Shown here in pieces: positions 51,744-60,691 of a stretch of DNA of 64,000 bases (positions within the stretch are counted from its first letter, which is position 1; every line of letters begins with the position of its first letter). The stretch lies in assembly GCA_016868295.1 (NCBI GenBank), contig VGHJ01000009.1, forward strand, positions 901 to 64,900, written 5' to 3'. A model generated the notes under the pieces. That model had not been told where the DNA came from and made no database searches. It saw only the letters and a program-made list of their open reading frames with translations. The translations under genes were made by a program, and so were the position numbers. The DNA comes from Betaproteobacteria bacterium. GTDB taxonomy: Bacteria; Pseudomonadota; Gammaproteobacteria; Burkholderiales; Rhodocyclaceae.

Positions 51744-52988
51744 ATGCATTCCCTGAAAACCGCCCTGTTCGCCGGTCTGATGCTGGCGCCGCTGGCCGCG
51801 CTGGCGCAGCCGGCCTACGCTCCCGCCGAGGATCGTCCCGGCCGCATCGTGCTCGTGCCCATGTCGGTCGAGCGGCCCTCGGGCGACGGCTGGGTGATGG
51901 TGCGCCGCACCGATCAGGAACTCACCTTCATGCGGCCGGCGACGGGCAATCGCAACAGCCTGGTCGCCATCGCCTCGGGCAAGGTGCCCGACCGGCGCGC
52001 GCGCACCGCGCAGGAGCTCGCCGCCAACATCCGGGATGAACTGAAAGGCAAGACCGACGACAAGCGCTTCGAGGTGCTGGCCGAGGAGGTTCAGGTCGAC
52101 ACCTCGGGGGAGCGCAAGTGCGCGCGCTATCGACAGCAGGCGCGCGACAAGGGCGCCGTCGGCGCCGACGGCAAGGCGCAGATCATCGATCTGTACGGCC
52201 TGGCCTGCCTGCATCCGGCCGATGAGGGCATCGTCCTCACCGTCTCTTACTCCGAGCGCGGCTCCGCCGGGTCCGCCAATCCGCGTCTCGCCGAGGAATC
52301 CGCGCGCTTCTTCCAGGGCATGCGCCCGCATGCCCCGCTCAAGGGCAAGGCGTGGCAGACCCTCGCCGAGCAGGACGACGCCAATGCCCAAGTCTGGCTT
52401 GCCCGCACCCTGTTCCAGTCCAACGAGTTGGAGGAGGCCATCGTCTGGCTCGGACGAGCGGCGGACAAGAGCCAGCCGGAGGCGCAGACCCTGCTCGGGC
52501 TGTCCTACTTCAGCGGACGGGCCGTCACGCGCAGCCCGGAAGAGGCCGTCAAGTGGCTGCGTCTGGCAGCCGAGAAGGGCTATCCGAAGGCCGAAGGCCT
52601 GCTCGGATTGACGCTCATCACCGCACCGGAGATGCGCAACCAGGAGGACGGCGTGCGCTGGGTGCGCAAGGCGGCGGCCGACGGCGATCCGCTCGGCCAG
52701 ACACTGCTCGGCGAACTGCTGATCCATGGCCGTGCCGGCGTGGCGGAAAACGAGCCCGAGGGCGCCGCCTGGGTGCGCAAGGGGGCTGAACAGGGCGATG
52801 CCCGCGCGCAATATGAACTCGCCCGGCTGCTCGCCAACGGCATCGCCATGGAAAAGGACTTTCAGCAGGCCCGCTTCTGGCTGGAATTGTCCGCCGTGCA
52901 GGGCAACCCGGACGCGCGCAAGGTGCTCGACCAGAACCGGCGCCCATCCGAGGCGCCGGCGAAGAAGCCCTCGGGCGAGGACAAGTAG
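51744..52988 (+). CDS. Exported Sel1-repeat protein
   Basis: Signal peptide; repeated A..WL..AA..G...AQ..LG motifs in C-terminal half. Confidence 0.85.
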   Translation: MHSLKTALFAGLMLAPLAALAQPAYAPAEDRPGRIVLVPMSVERPSGDGWVMVRRTDQELTFMRPATGNRNSLVAIASGKVPDRRARTAQELAANIRDELKGKTDDKRFEVLAEEVQVDTSGERKCARYRQQARDKGAVGADGKAQIIDLYGLACLHPADEGIVLTVSYSERGSAGSANPRLAEESARFFQGMRPHAPLKGKAWQTLAEQDDANAQVWLARTLFQSNELEEAIVWLGRAADKSQPEAQTLLGLSYFSGRAVTRSPEEAVKWLRLAAEKGYPKAEGLLGLTLITAPEMRNQEDGVRWVRKAAADGDPLGQTLLGELLIHGRAGVAENEPEGAAWVRKGAEQGDARAQYELARLLANGIAMEKDFQQARFWLELSAVQGNPDARKVLDQNRRPSEAPAKKPSGEDK

Positions 52989-53004
52989 CCCCTTTCTCTT
53001 CGCT

Positions 53005-53037
53005 GCGGCGCAATATGCTGCGCCGCCTCTTTATTTT
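53005..53037 (+). terminator. Possible intrinsic terminator
   Basis: gcggcgca-atatgc-tgcgccgc then ctctttatttt. Confidence 0.45.
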
Positions 53038-53091
53038 GAAACATTTGCGGCGTAGGCTGGTCTTCCAAAAGGAGTGATCGAGGAGACAGCC

Positions 53092-53622
53092 ATGGCCAGC
53101 GCCAAACCGATCGGCACGCTTGCCGAATGCTATGCCAACGCCCTCGCCATCGAACGCGAGGCGGCCGCGCGCAGCGTGCAGTTCGCGGATTTCCTGGAGG
53201 ACCACGGCGCGCAGGCGACGGCGGACCTTTTCCGCCGCCTGGCGCGCTTCGAGCAGCAGCACGTCGAGGAACTCGAGCGCCGCACCGCCGGCATGCCCCT
53301 GCCGGCATTGCGATCATGGGAATTCAGCTGGCTCGACGACGCGCCCTCGGAGCAGGTCGACCACGAGTTCGTCTTCCACCTGATGACGCCGCACGACGCG
53401 CTGACGATCGCGCTCGGCGCCGAGAAGCGCGCCCAGGCGCTCTACGAGCAGGCCATCGTCGTCAGCGACGATCCGGAAGTGAAGCGCCTCGCGCGCGAAC
53501 TGGCCGGCGAGGAGCTGGAGCACATTGCCTGGCTGGAAGACGGCCTGAAGCGTGTGCCGCGCCCCATCACCAGCGAAGCCGACTACGAAGCGCTGTTCAA
53601 TGCGGCTTCTTCGCCGAATTGA
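53092..53622 (+). CDS. Rubrerythrin/ferritin-like protein
   Basis: Two E-x(n)-E-x-x-H diiron motifs (EQQH, ELEH). Confidence 0.85.
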   Translation: MASAKPIGTLAECYANALAIEREAAARSVQFADFLEDHGAQATADLFRRLARFEQQHVEELERRTAGMPLPALRSWEFSWLDDAPSEQVDHEFVFHLMTPHDALTIALGAEKRAQALYEQAIVVSDDPEVKRLARELAGEELEHIAWLEDGLKRVPRPITSEADYEALFNAASSPN

Positions 53623-54079
53623 TGAACGCCACCGGGAACACAACGTCCGCCGCCGCGTGTTTCTGCTGCGCGTTCCGGTAGTCTGGCATGTGCGGCGCTG
53701 AAATGCCCGAGGCAGCCATCAGCTTGCCGATCAGCACCTGGATCTGGTCGGCGAACCAGGCCTCCTCGTAGCGCGTTGGCAAGAAGCGCAATTCCCTGAC
53801 GCGCTCGGGAATATCCGCCGCTTCGAGGATGTCGTCGGCGGCATAGGCGCCCGAAAAGAAGCGCCCCGCCACGAAGCGCAGAAAACAACCGCCCTTGCCA
53901 TCCGCGGCGAGCACGAAGACGCGGGCGCCCGAAGGCGACTCCTCGTCCTCCTCCTCGAACACCGGATGCACGGCGAAGGCCGCCGCCTTGCGCTGCAGGA
54001 CGTAATGAACCGCCTCGTCGAAGGACAGCCGGTTGTCCTCGAAGAGCGGCTGGACGTTGCTGGATTCTTCTGTTGTCAT
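53597..54079 (-). CDS. Hypothetical protein
   Basis: 160-aa ORF with plausible codon usage and RBS-like GGAGA; no motif recognised. Confidence 0.6.
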   Translation of the reverse strand: MTTEESSNVQPLFEDNRLSFDEAVHYVLQRKAAAFAVHPVFEEEDEESPSGARVFVLAADGKGGCFLRFVAGRFFSGAYAADDILEAADIPERVRELRFLPTRYEEAWFADQIQVLIGKLMAASGISAPHMPDYRNAQQKHAAADVVFPVAFINSAKKPH

Positions 54080-54166
54080 TGGGGTTTCTCCGTTGGGATC
54101 AATAAGCTATCAGCTTGCCGTCCGCTGTGGCAAGCTGGCTTTTCTCTTCGCCAATCGAAATCCCAA

Positions 54167-57100
54167 ATGTCAGACAGGAAGCAGCCCGTCATCGCCATCC
54201 GCGGCGCGCGCCAGAACAACCTGAAAAACCTCAGCCTCGACCTGCCCACCGGTGAACTCATCGTCGTCACCGGCGTCTCCGGCTCGGGCAAGAGCTCGCT
54301 GGTCTTCGACACGCTCTACGCCGAGGGGCAGCGGCGCTACGTCGAGACCTTCTCGCCCTACGCGCGCCAGTTCCTCGACCGCATGGACCGCCCGCAGGTC
54401 GATGCGATCTCCGGCATCCCGCCGGCCATCGCCATCGACCAGACCAACCCGGTGCGCACCTCGCGCTCCACCGTCGGCACCATGACGGAGCTCGCCGACC
54501 ACCTCAAGCTGCTCTACGCCCGCGCGGCGCGCCTTTACTGCCGCGGCTGCGGCCAGCCGGTGCGGCGCGACACGGCGGAAAGCATCCACGCGGAAATAGT
54601 CAGTCGCTGCGGCACGGCGCAGGACCCGCGCCTGATCGTCGCCTTCCCCGTCGAGGTGCCGCACAACTTCGGCGAGGACGAGGTGCTGCGCCTGCTCGAA
54701 GCCCAGGGCTACACGCGCATCCACGCCCGCCGCGGCAAGACGATCGAGGTGGTGCAGGACCGCTTCCGCCTCGCCCATGCCGAGCGCGCCCGCGTGATCG
54801 AGGCGCTGGAGGCGGCGCTGCGCGTCGGCCAGGGCCGCGTTGCCATTTATCCGCTCACTGATGACGGCACGCCGGCGACGCCGTGGAAGTTCTCCACCGA
54901 TCTGCACTGCGCCGACTGCGACATCCATTACGCCGAGCCGACACCGAGCAGCTTCTCCTTCAACTCGCCGCTCGGCGCCTGCGAGGCCTGCCGCGGCTTC
55001 GGCCGCATCATCGGCGTCGACTTCGGCCTGGTGGTGCCCGACGAGTCGAAGACGCTCGCCGGCGGCGCGGTGAAGCCCTGGCAGACCGAGTCCTACCGCG
55101 AGTGCCAGCAGGATATGGCGAAGTACGCGCCGAAGCGCGGCGTGGCCATGGACATCCCCTGGCGCGACCTGCCGCCCGAGCATCGCCGCTGGGTGCTGGA
55201 GGGCGACGACGACTGGGTGAGCTGGAAGCAATCCTGGCCCGGCAAGTGGTACGGCGTGCGCCGCTTCTTCGACTGGCTGGAGACCAAGGCCTACAAGATG
55301 CACATCCGCGTGCTGCTGTCGCGCTACCGCGCCTACACGCCCTGCGCGGCCTGCGACGGCGCGCGCCTGAAGCCGGAGTCGCTGCTGTGGAAGCTCGGCG
55401 CGGAGAAGCTTTCCATCCACGACCTGATGCTGCTGCCGATCGAACGCTGCCGCGACTTCTTCGCCGCGCTCGCCCTGCCCGCCCCGCTCGACGAGGCGGC
55501 CGACCTGCTGCTCGGCGAGATCCGCACGCGCCTCGCCTACCTGTGCGAGGTCGGCCTCGGCTACCTCACGCTCGACCGCCAGTCGCGCACGCTCTCCGGC
55601 GGCGAGGTGCAGCGCATCAACCTCACCACCGCGCTCGGCACCTCGCTGGTGAACACCCTGTTCGTGCTCGACGAGCCGTCCATCGGCCTGCACCCGCGCG
55701 ACATGGGCCGCGTCATCAATGTCATGCGCCGCCTGCGCGACGCCGGCAATTCGCTGGTGGTGGTCGAGCACGACCCGCAGATCATGTTTGAAGCCGACCG
55801 GCTGCTCGACATGGGCCCCGGCCCGGGCGAGCGCGGCGGCGAGGTGGTGTTCTTCGGCGCGCCGAGCGAGATGCGGCAGGCGGAGACGCTGACGGCGGAG
55901 TATTTGTCGGGGCGAAAGCGGGCCGAAGGTGCTGCCCCCTCACCCCAGCCCTCTCCCCGCAAGCGGGGAGAGGGGGTAGACGCCCCCTCGCCCCTCAGGG
56001 GAGAGGGCCGGGGTGAGGGGTGGTTGGAAATCCTCGGCGCGCAGGAACACAACCTGAAAAACATCGACGTCGCCCTGCCGCTCAACCGCCTGGTCTGCGT
56101 GACGGGCGTTTCCGGCTCGGGCAAGTCGACGCTGGTGCAGGACGTGCTCCACGCCGCGCTGCGCAAGCAGCAGGGCAAGCCGACCGAGGCGCCGGGCCAA
56201 CACCGCGCGCTGCGCGGCTTTGAACACATCGCCGAAGTGGCGATGGTCGACCAGACGCCGATCGGCAAGACGACGCGCTCCAACCCGGCCAGCTACGTCG
56301 GCGCCTTCGACCCGATCCGCAACCTGTTCGCGAAGGACGAGGTTTCGAAGGAGCGCGGCTATACGCCGGGCACCTTCAGCTTCAACTCCGGCAACGGCAG
56401 GTGCCCGACCTGCGGCGGCAACGGCTTCGAGCACGTCGAGATGCAGTTCCTCTCCGACGTCTACCTGCGCTGCCCCGACTGCGACGGCAAACGCTTCCGC
56501 GCCGAAGTGCTGGAGGTTACGCTCGAGGGCAAGTCGATCGCCGACGCATTGGCGCTCACCGTATCGGAGGCACTGACTTTCTTCGCCGACCGGCCGGAAG
56601 TGCTGGCGCGCCTGGCGCCGCTGGCCGACGTCGGCCTCGACTACCTGCGCCTCGGCCAGCCGGTGCCGACGCTCTCCGGCGGCGAGGCGCAGCGCCTCAA
56701 GCTCGCCGGCCACCTTGCCGACAGCGACACGGAAGGCAAACCGACGCTGTTCCTCTTCGACGAGCCGACGACGGGCCTGCACTTCGACGACATCGCCAAG
56801 CTGCTGAAGTCTTTCCGCCGCCTGGTCGCCGCCGGCCACTCGCTGGTAGTGATCGAGCACAACCTCGACGTCATCCGCGCCGCCGACTGGATCGTCGACC
56901 TCGGCCCGGAGGGCGGCGAGGCCGGCGGCGAGCTGGTCTGCGCCGGCACGGTGGCGGAGGTGATGGGGTGCGAGGCGTCGCATACGGGGAAGGCGCTGCG
57001 GGAGTACGAATCCGCCTTCGTCGACTGGGCGCGCGCGGCGTCGCCTGTCGCCCTGCCGGCGCCGCCGCAGGCCGACGACAGCATCCGCATCCACAACGCC

Positions 57101-59728
57101 CGCGAGCACAACCTGAAGGGCGTGGACGTCGACATCCCGCGCAACCGCTTCACCGTCGTCACCGGCGTCTCCGGCTCGGGCAAGTCGACCCTGGCCTTCG
57201 ACATCCTCTTCGCCGAGGGGCAGCGCCGCTACCTCGAGTCGCTCAACGCCTACGCCCGCCAGTTCGTGCAGCCCTCGGCGCGGCCCGACGTCGACGCCAT
57301 CTTCGGCATCCCGCCGACGGTGGCCATCGAGCAGCGCACCAGCCGCGGCGGGCGCAAGAGCACGGTCGGCACGCTCACCGAGATCCAGCACTTCCTGCGC
57401 CTGCTCTACGTCAAGCTCGGACTGCAGCATTGCCCCGACTGCGCCGTGCCGATCGAGCCGCAGAGCGAGGAGGCCATCGCCGCGCGCATCCTGCGCGACT
57501 GGCGCGGCCGGCACATCGGCCTGCTGGCGCCGCTGGTGACGGCGAGGAAGGGCGTGTACACCGACCTCGCCAAGTGGGCGGCGGCCAAGGGCTTCACGCA
57601 CCTGCGCGTCGACGGCGCCTTCCTGCCGACGGCCAAGTGGCCGCGCCTCGACCGCTTCCGCGAACACGACATCGCGCTGCCGGTGGCCGACCTCGTCGTC
57701 ACGGCGGACAACGAGGCGGAACTGCGCGCCGCGCTGGCCCGCGCGCTGGAATTCGGCAAGGGCACGCTGCAGGTGGTCGGCCCGCTCGACGCGCTGGCGC
57801 AGGCCATCCGCCAGGGCAGGAACGAGGCGAAGCTGGAGCAGCACAGCTTCTCGACGAAACGCGCCTGCCCCTCCTGCGGCAAAAGCTTCGCCGAACCCGA
57901 CCCGCGCCTGTTCTCCTACAACTCCAGGCACGGCTGGTGCGGAAGTTGTTACGGCACGGGGCTGGCCATCACCGGCTTCGACGCCGAGCAGACCGGCGAG
58001 GAGATCTGGTGGAACGAATGGTTCGAAGGGGAAGCGCACGCCTGCCCGGCCTGCTCGGGCAAGCGCCTCAACCCCACCGCGCTGGCGGTGCGCTTCCGCG
58101 ACCACTCCATCGCCGATCTTTCCGCCCTGCCGGTCTCCGGACTCGAAGCGTTCTTCGCCAAACTCAAGCTCGCCGGCCGCGACGAGGCCATCGCCCGCGA
58201 CATCCTCGTCGAACTGCACTCGCGCCTGGCCTTCCTGCGCGAGGTCGGCCTCGACTACCTGGCGCTCGACCGCGCCGCGCCGACGCTCTCCGGCGGCGAG
58301 GCGCAGCGCATCCGGCTGGCCGCCCAGCTCGGCTCCAACCTGCAGGGCGTCTGCTACATCCTCGACGAGCCGACGATAGGACTGCATCCGCGCGACAACC
58401 GCATCCTGCTCGACACCCTGGCGAAGCTGGAGGCCAAGGGCAACACCCTGGTGGTGGTCGAGCACGACGAGGACACCATCCGCCGCGCCGACCACGTGCT
58501 CGACCTCGGCCCCGGCGCCGGCACGCAGGGCGGCCGCGTCGTCGCCGAAGGCACGGCGGAGGAGTTGATGCGCCACCCCGACTCCGTCACCGGCCAATGT
58601 CTCGCGCAGCCCTTGCTGCACCCGCTCGCGCCGCGGCGAAAAGTCAGTCCCCGCGATACGGCGCTGGAGATCGTCGGCGCCACTCTCCACAACCTGAAGG
58701 ACCTCGACCTCGCCCTGCCGCTCGCCCGCCTGTCGGTGGTGACCGGCGTCTCGGGCTCCGGCAAGTCGACGCTGGCGCGCGAGGTGCTGCGCGACAACCT
58801 GCACCGGCGGGTGGCCGAGGGGCGCAAGCACAAGAGCGCGCCCCTGCACGGCTGCCGCGAACTGCGCGGCTGGGAAGCCGTCGCCCGCGTGCTCGAAGTC
58901 GACCAGACGCCGATCGGCAAGACGCCGCGCTCCTGCCCGGCCACCTACGTCGGCTTCTGGGACGCCGTGAGGAAGCTCTTCGCCGACACGGCGGAGTCGC
59001 GCATCCGCGGCTACTCGGTCTCGCGCTTCTCCTTCAACACCGCCGGCGGCCGCTGCGAGGCCTGCGAGGGCCAGGGCGTCGTGAGGATCGAGATGAGCTT
59101 CCTGCCCGACGTGAAGGTGCCCTGCGACTCTTGCCGCGGCACGCGCTTCAACGCCGAGACGCTGACGGTGCGCTGGAAGGGGAAACACATCGGCGAGGTG
59201 CTGGCCATGAGCGTCGACGAGGCCGTCGACTTCTTCTCGGCGCATCCGTCCATCCACCACGCCCTGCGCCTGCTGCAGGACGTCGGCCTCGGCTACCTCA
59301 CCCTCGGCCAGCAGAGCCCGACGCTCTCCGGCGGCGAGGCGCAGCGCATCAAGCTGGTGACCGAGCTGGCGAAGGTTCGCCCCTCACCCCAGCCCTCTCC
59401 CCGCGCGCGGGGAGAGGGAGGTGCGCCCCGACAGATGAGCGCCCACACCCTCTACGTCCTCGACGAGCCGACGGTCGGCCTGCACATGGCCGACGTGGAG
59501 AAGCTGATCCGCGTGCTGCACCGCCTGGTCGACGGCGGCAACACGGTGGTGGTGATCGAGCACAACCTCGACGTGATGGCCGAAGCGGACTGGATCGTGG
59601 ACCTCGGCCCGGAAGGCGGCGCGGCGGGCGGGCGCATCGTCGCCCAGGGCGCGCCCGAGAAGGTGGCCAACGCGGCCTCGCACACCGGCCGGATACTGAA
59701 GGACTTTCTGGCGGAACGCTCGCGCTAG
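54167..59728 (+). CDS. uvrA: Double-length excinuclease ABC subunit A (~1850 aa, four ABC ATPase modules)
   Basis: Four GVSGSGKS Walker A and four LSGGE signatures, multiple CxxC zinc fingers. Confidence 0.93.
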   Translation: MSDRKQPVIAIRGARQNNLKNLSLDLPTGELIVVTGVSGSGKSSLVFDTLYAEGQRRYVETFSPYARQFLDRMDRPQVDAISGIPPAIAIDQTNPVRTSRSTVGTMTELADHLKLLYARAARLYCRGCGQPVRRDTAESIHAEIVSRCGTAQDPRLIVAFPVEVPHNFGEDEVLRLLEAQGYTRIHARRGKTIEVVQDRFRLAHAERARVIEALEAALRVGQGRVAIYPLTDDGTPATPWKFSTDLHCADCDIHYAEPTPSSFSFNSPLGACEACRGFGRIIGVDFGLVVPDESKTLAGGAVKPWQTESYRECQQDMAKYAPKRGVAMDIPWRDLPPEHRRWVLEGDDDWVSWKQSWPGKWYGVRRFFDWLETKAYKMHIRVLLSRYRAYTPCAACDGARLKPESLLWKLGAEKLSIHDLMLLPIERCRDFFAALALPAPLDEAADLLLGEIRTRLAYLCEVGLGYLTLDRQSRTLSGGEVQRINLTTALGTSLVNTLFVLDEPSIGLHPRDMGRVINVMRRLRDAGNSLVVVEHDPQIMFEADRLLDMGPGPGERGGEVVFFGAPSEMRQAETLTAEYLSGRKRAEGAAPSPQPSPRKRGEGVDAPSPLRGEGRGEGWLEILGAQEHNLKNIDVALPLNRLVCVTGVSGSGKSTLVQDVLHAALRKQQGKPTEAPGQHRALRGFEHIAEVAMVDQTPIGKTTRSNPASYVGAFDPIRNLFAKDEVSKERGYTPGTFSFNSGNGRCPTCGGNGFEHVEMQFLSDVYLRCPDCDGKRFRAEVLEVTLEGKSIADALALTVSEALTFFADRPEVLARLAPLADVGLDYLRLGQPVPTLSGGEAQRLKLAGHLADSDTEGKPTLFLFDEPTTGLHFDDIAKLLKSFRRLVAAGHSLVVIEHNLDVIRAADWIVDLGPEGGEAGGELVCAGTVAEVMGCEASHTGKALREYESAFVDWARAASPVALPAPPQADDSIRIHNAREHNLKGVDVDIPRNRFTVVTGVSGSGKSTLAFDILFAEGQRRYLESLNAYARQFVQPSARPDVDAIFGIPPTVAIEQRTSRGGRKSTVGTLTEIQHFLRLLYVKLGLQHCPDCAVPIEPQSEEAIAARILRDWRGRHIGLLAPLVTARKGVYTDLAKWAAAKGFTHLRVDGAFLPTAKWPRLDRFREHDIALPVADLVVTADNEAELRAALARALEFGKGTLQVVGPLDALAQAIRQGRNEAKLEQHSFSTKRACPSCGKSFAEPDPRLFSYNSRHGWCGSCYGTGLAITGFDAEQTGEEIWWNEWFEGEAHACPACSGKRLNPTALAVRFRDHSIADLSALPVSGLEAFFAKLKLAGRDEAIARDILVELHSRLAFLREVGLDYLALDRAAPTLSGGEAQRIRLAAQLGSNLQGVCYILDEPTIGLHPRDNRILLDTLAKLEAKGNTLVVVEHDEDTIRRADHVLDLGPGAGTQGGRVVAEGTAEELMRHPDSVTGQCLAQPLLHPLAPRRKVSPRDTALEIVGATLHNLKDLDLALPLARLSVVTGVSGSGKSTLAREVLRDNLHRRVAEGRKHKSAPLHGCRELRGWEAVARVLEVDQTPIGKTPRSCPATYVGFWDAVRKLFADTAESRIRGYSVSRFSFNTAGGRCEACEGQGVVRIEMSFLPDVKVPCDSCRGTRFNAETLTVRWKGKHIGEVLAMSVDEAVDFFSAHPSIHHALRLLQDVGLGYLTLGQQSPTLSGGEAQRIKLVTELAKVRPSPQPSPRARGEGGAPRQMSAHTLYVLDEPTVGLHMADVEKLIRVLHRLVDGGNTVVVIEHNLDVMAEADWIVDLGPEGGAAGGRIVAQGAPEKVANAASHTGRILKDFLAERSR
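54595..54619 (+). repeat. Dispersed motif, exact copy inside uvrA
   Basis: aatagtcagtcgctgcggcacggcg. Confidence 0.85.
55937..56019. repeat. Palindromic repeat inserted in frame in uvrA
   Basis: ccctcaccccagccctctccccgcaagcggggagaggg...gggagagggccggggtgaggg; encodes PSPQPSPRKRGEG...GEGRGEG. Confidence 0.8.
56557..56581 (-). repeat. Dispersed motif, near copy (2 mismatches) inside uvrA
   Basis: Reverse complement gaaagtcagtgcctccgatacggtg. Confidence 0.6.
58639..58663 (+). repeat. Dispersed motif, exact copy inside uvrA
   Basis: aaaagtcagtccccgcgatacggcg. Confidence 0.85.
59381..59418. repeat. Palindromic repeat (half unit) inserted in frame in uvrA
   Basis: ccctcaccccagccctctccccgcgcgcggggagaggg; first 24 bp identical to 55937; encodes PSPQPSPRARGEG. 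Confidence 0.8.
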
Positions 59729-60636
59729 AGGCTGTCGAAATGCTGCGCCATGCGCCGGCGCAGCGCAGCGTCGGGCAGACGGCCGTAATTCGCGCCCATG
59801 TTCTCCAGCATGTGCGCCGGGTTCGAGGTGGCGGGAATGGCGCAGGTCACCGCCGGGTGCGAGACGACGAATTTCAGAAAAAACTGCGCCCAGTTGGCGC
59901 AGTCGATCTCCACCGCCCAGGCCGGCAGCGGCTTGCCGCGCACGCGCGTAAAGAGATCGCCGCCGTCGAAGGGCCGGTTGGCGATCACCGCCATGCGCCG
60001 CTCGGCGGCGAGCGGCAGCAGGTGACGCTCCGGTTCGCGGTCGTGCAGGCCGTAGGTGAACTGCACGAAGTCGAAATCGGCCTTCTTCATCGCCTGCAGC
60101 AGCTCGTCGTGGCGACGGCCGTGCGAGGTGGTGATGCCGATGTGGCGGAGGCGGCCCTCGCGCTTCATCTCGCGCAGCACCTCCAGATGCCCCTCCCAGT
60201 CGAGCATGTTGTGGATCTGCATCAGGTCGAAGCGCGGCACGCCCCACAGCTTGCGCGAGGCCTCCATCTGCCGCCGCCCCAGCGCCTGGCCGTAGATCCA
60301 CACCTTGGTGGCGGAGAACAGGTTCTCCCGCCCCTTCAGCCGCGGCAGCAACTCGCCGATGACGCGCTCGGCCGTGCCGTACATCGGGGATGAGTCGATG
60401 AGCCGCCCGCCGTGGTCGAAGAAGGCCTGCAGCACCGGCTGCAGGCGCGCAAGCGCCGCGGCGCCGGCGCCGGTGTCGAACGTCAGCCAGGAGCCTACGC
60501 CGATCAGCGGAATGCGTTCGCCGCTGGAAGGAATCGGCTTGGTCAGCGGCACGCGTTCGTCCGCCAGGCCGGGCTCCAGCGCCAGCGCGAGACCCAGCCC
60601 GGCCAGGCCCTGCAGAAAGCCGCGTCTTTGCGTCAT
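59725..60636 (-). CDS. Aldo/keto reductase with twin-arginine-like signal peptide
   Basis: QRRGFL + hydrophobic stretch; IDSSPMYG, DLMQIHN, GITTSHG, NRPF, AIPATS. Confidence 0.88.
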   Translation of the reverse strand: MTQRRGFLQGLAGLGLALALEPGLADERVPLTKPIPSSGERIPLIGVGSWLTFDTGAGAAALARLQPVLQAFFDHGGRLIDSSPMYGTAERVIGELLPRLKGRENLFSATKVWIYGQALGRRQMEASRKLWGVPRFDLMQIHNMLDWEGHLEVLREMKREGRLRHIGITTSHGRRHDELLQAMKKADFDFVQFTYGLHDREPERHLLPLAAERRMAVIANRPFDGGDLFTRVRGKPLPAWAVEIDCANWAQFFLKFVVSHPAVTCAIPATSNPAHMLENMGANYGRLPDAALRRRMAQHFDSL

Positions 60637-60691
60637 GCGTTTCACGATAGGTTGAAAACGGGCCCGGCACAAGGGCTACAATCTTGCCGTC

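Noticed and set aside
54240-59360. Four near-identical DNA stretches in uvrA (e.g. acgctctccggcggcgaggcgcagcgc)
   Set aside because: They encode the conserved ABC signature and Walker motifs under strong codon bias; not independent repeats.
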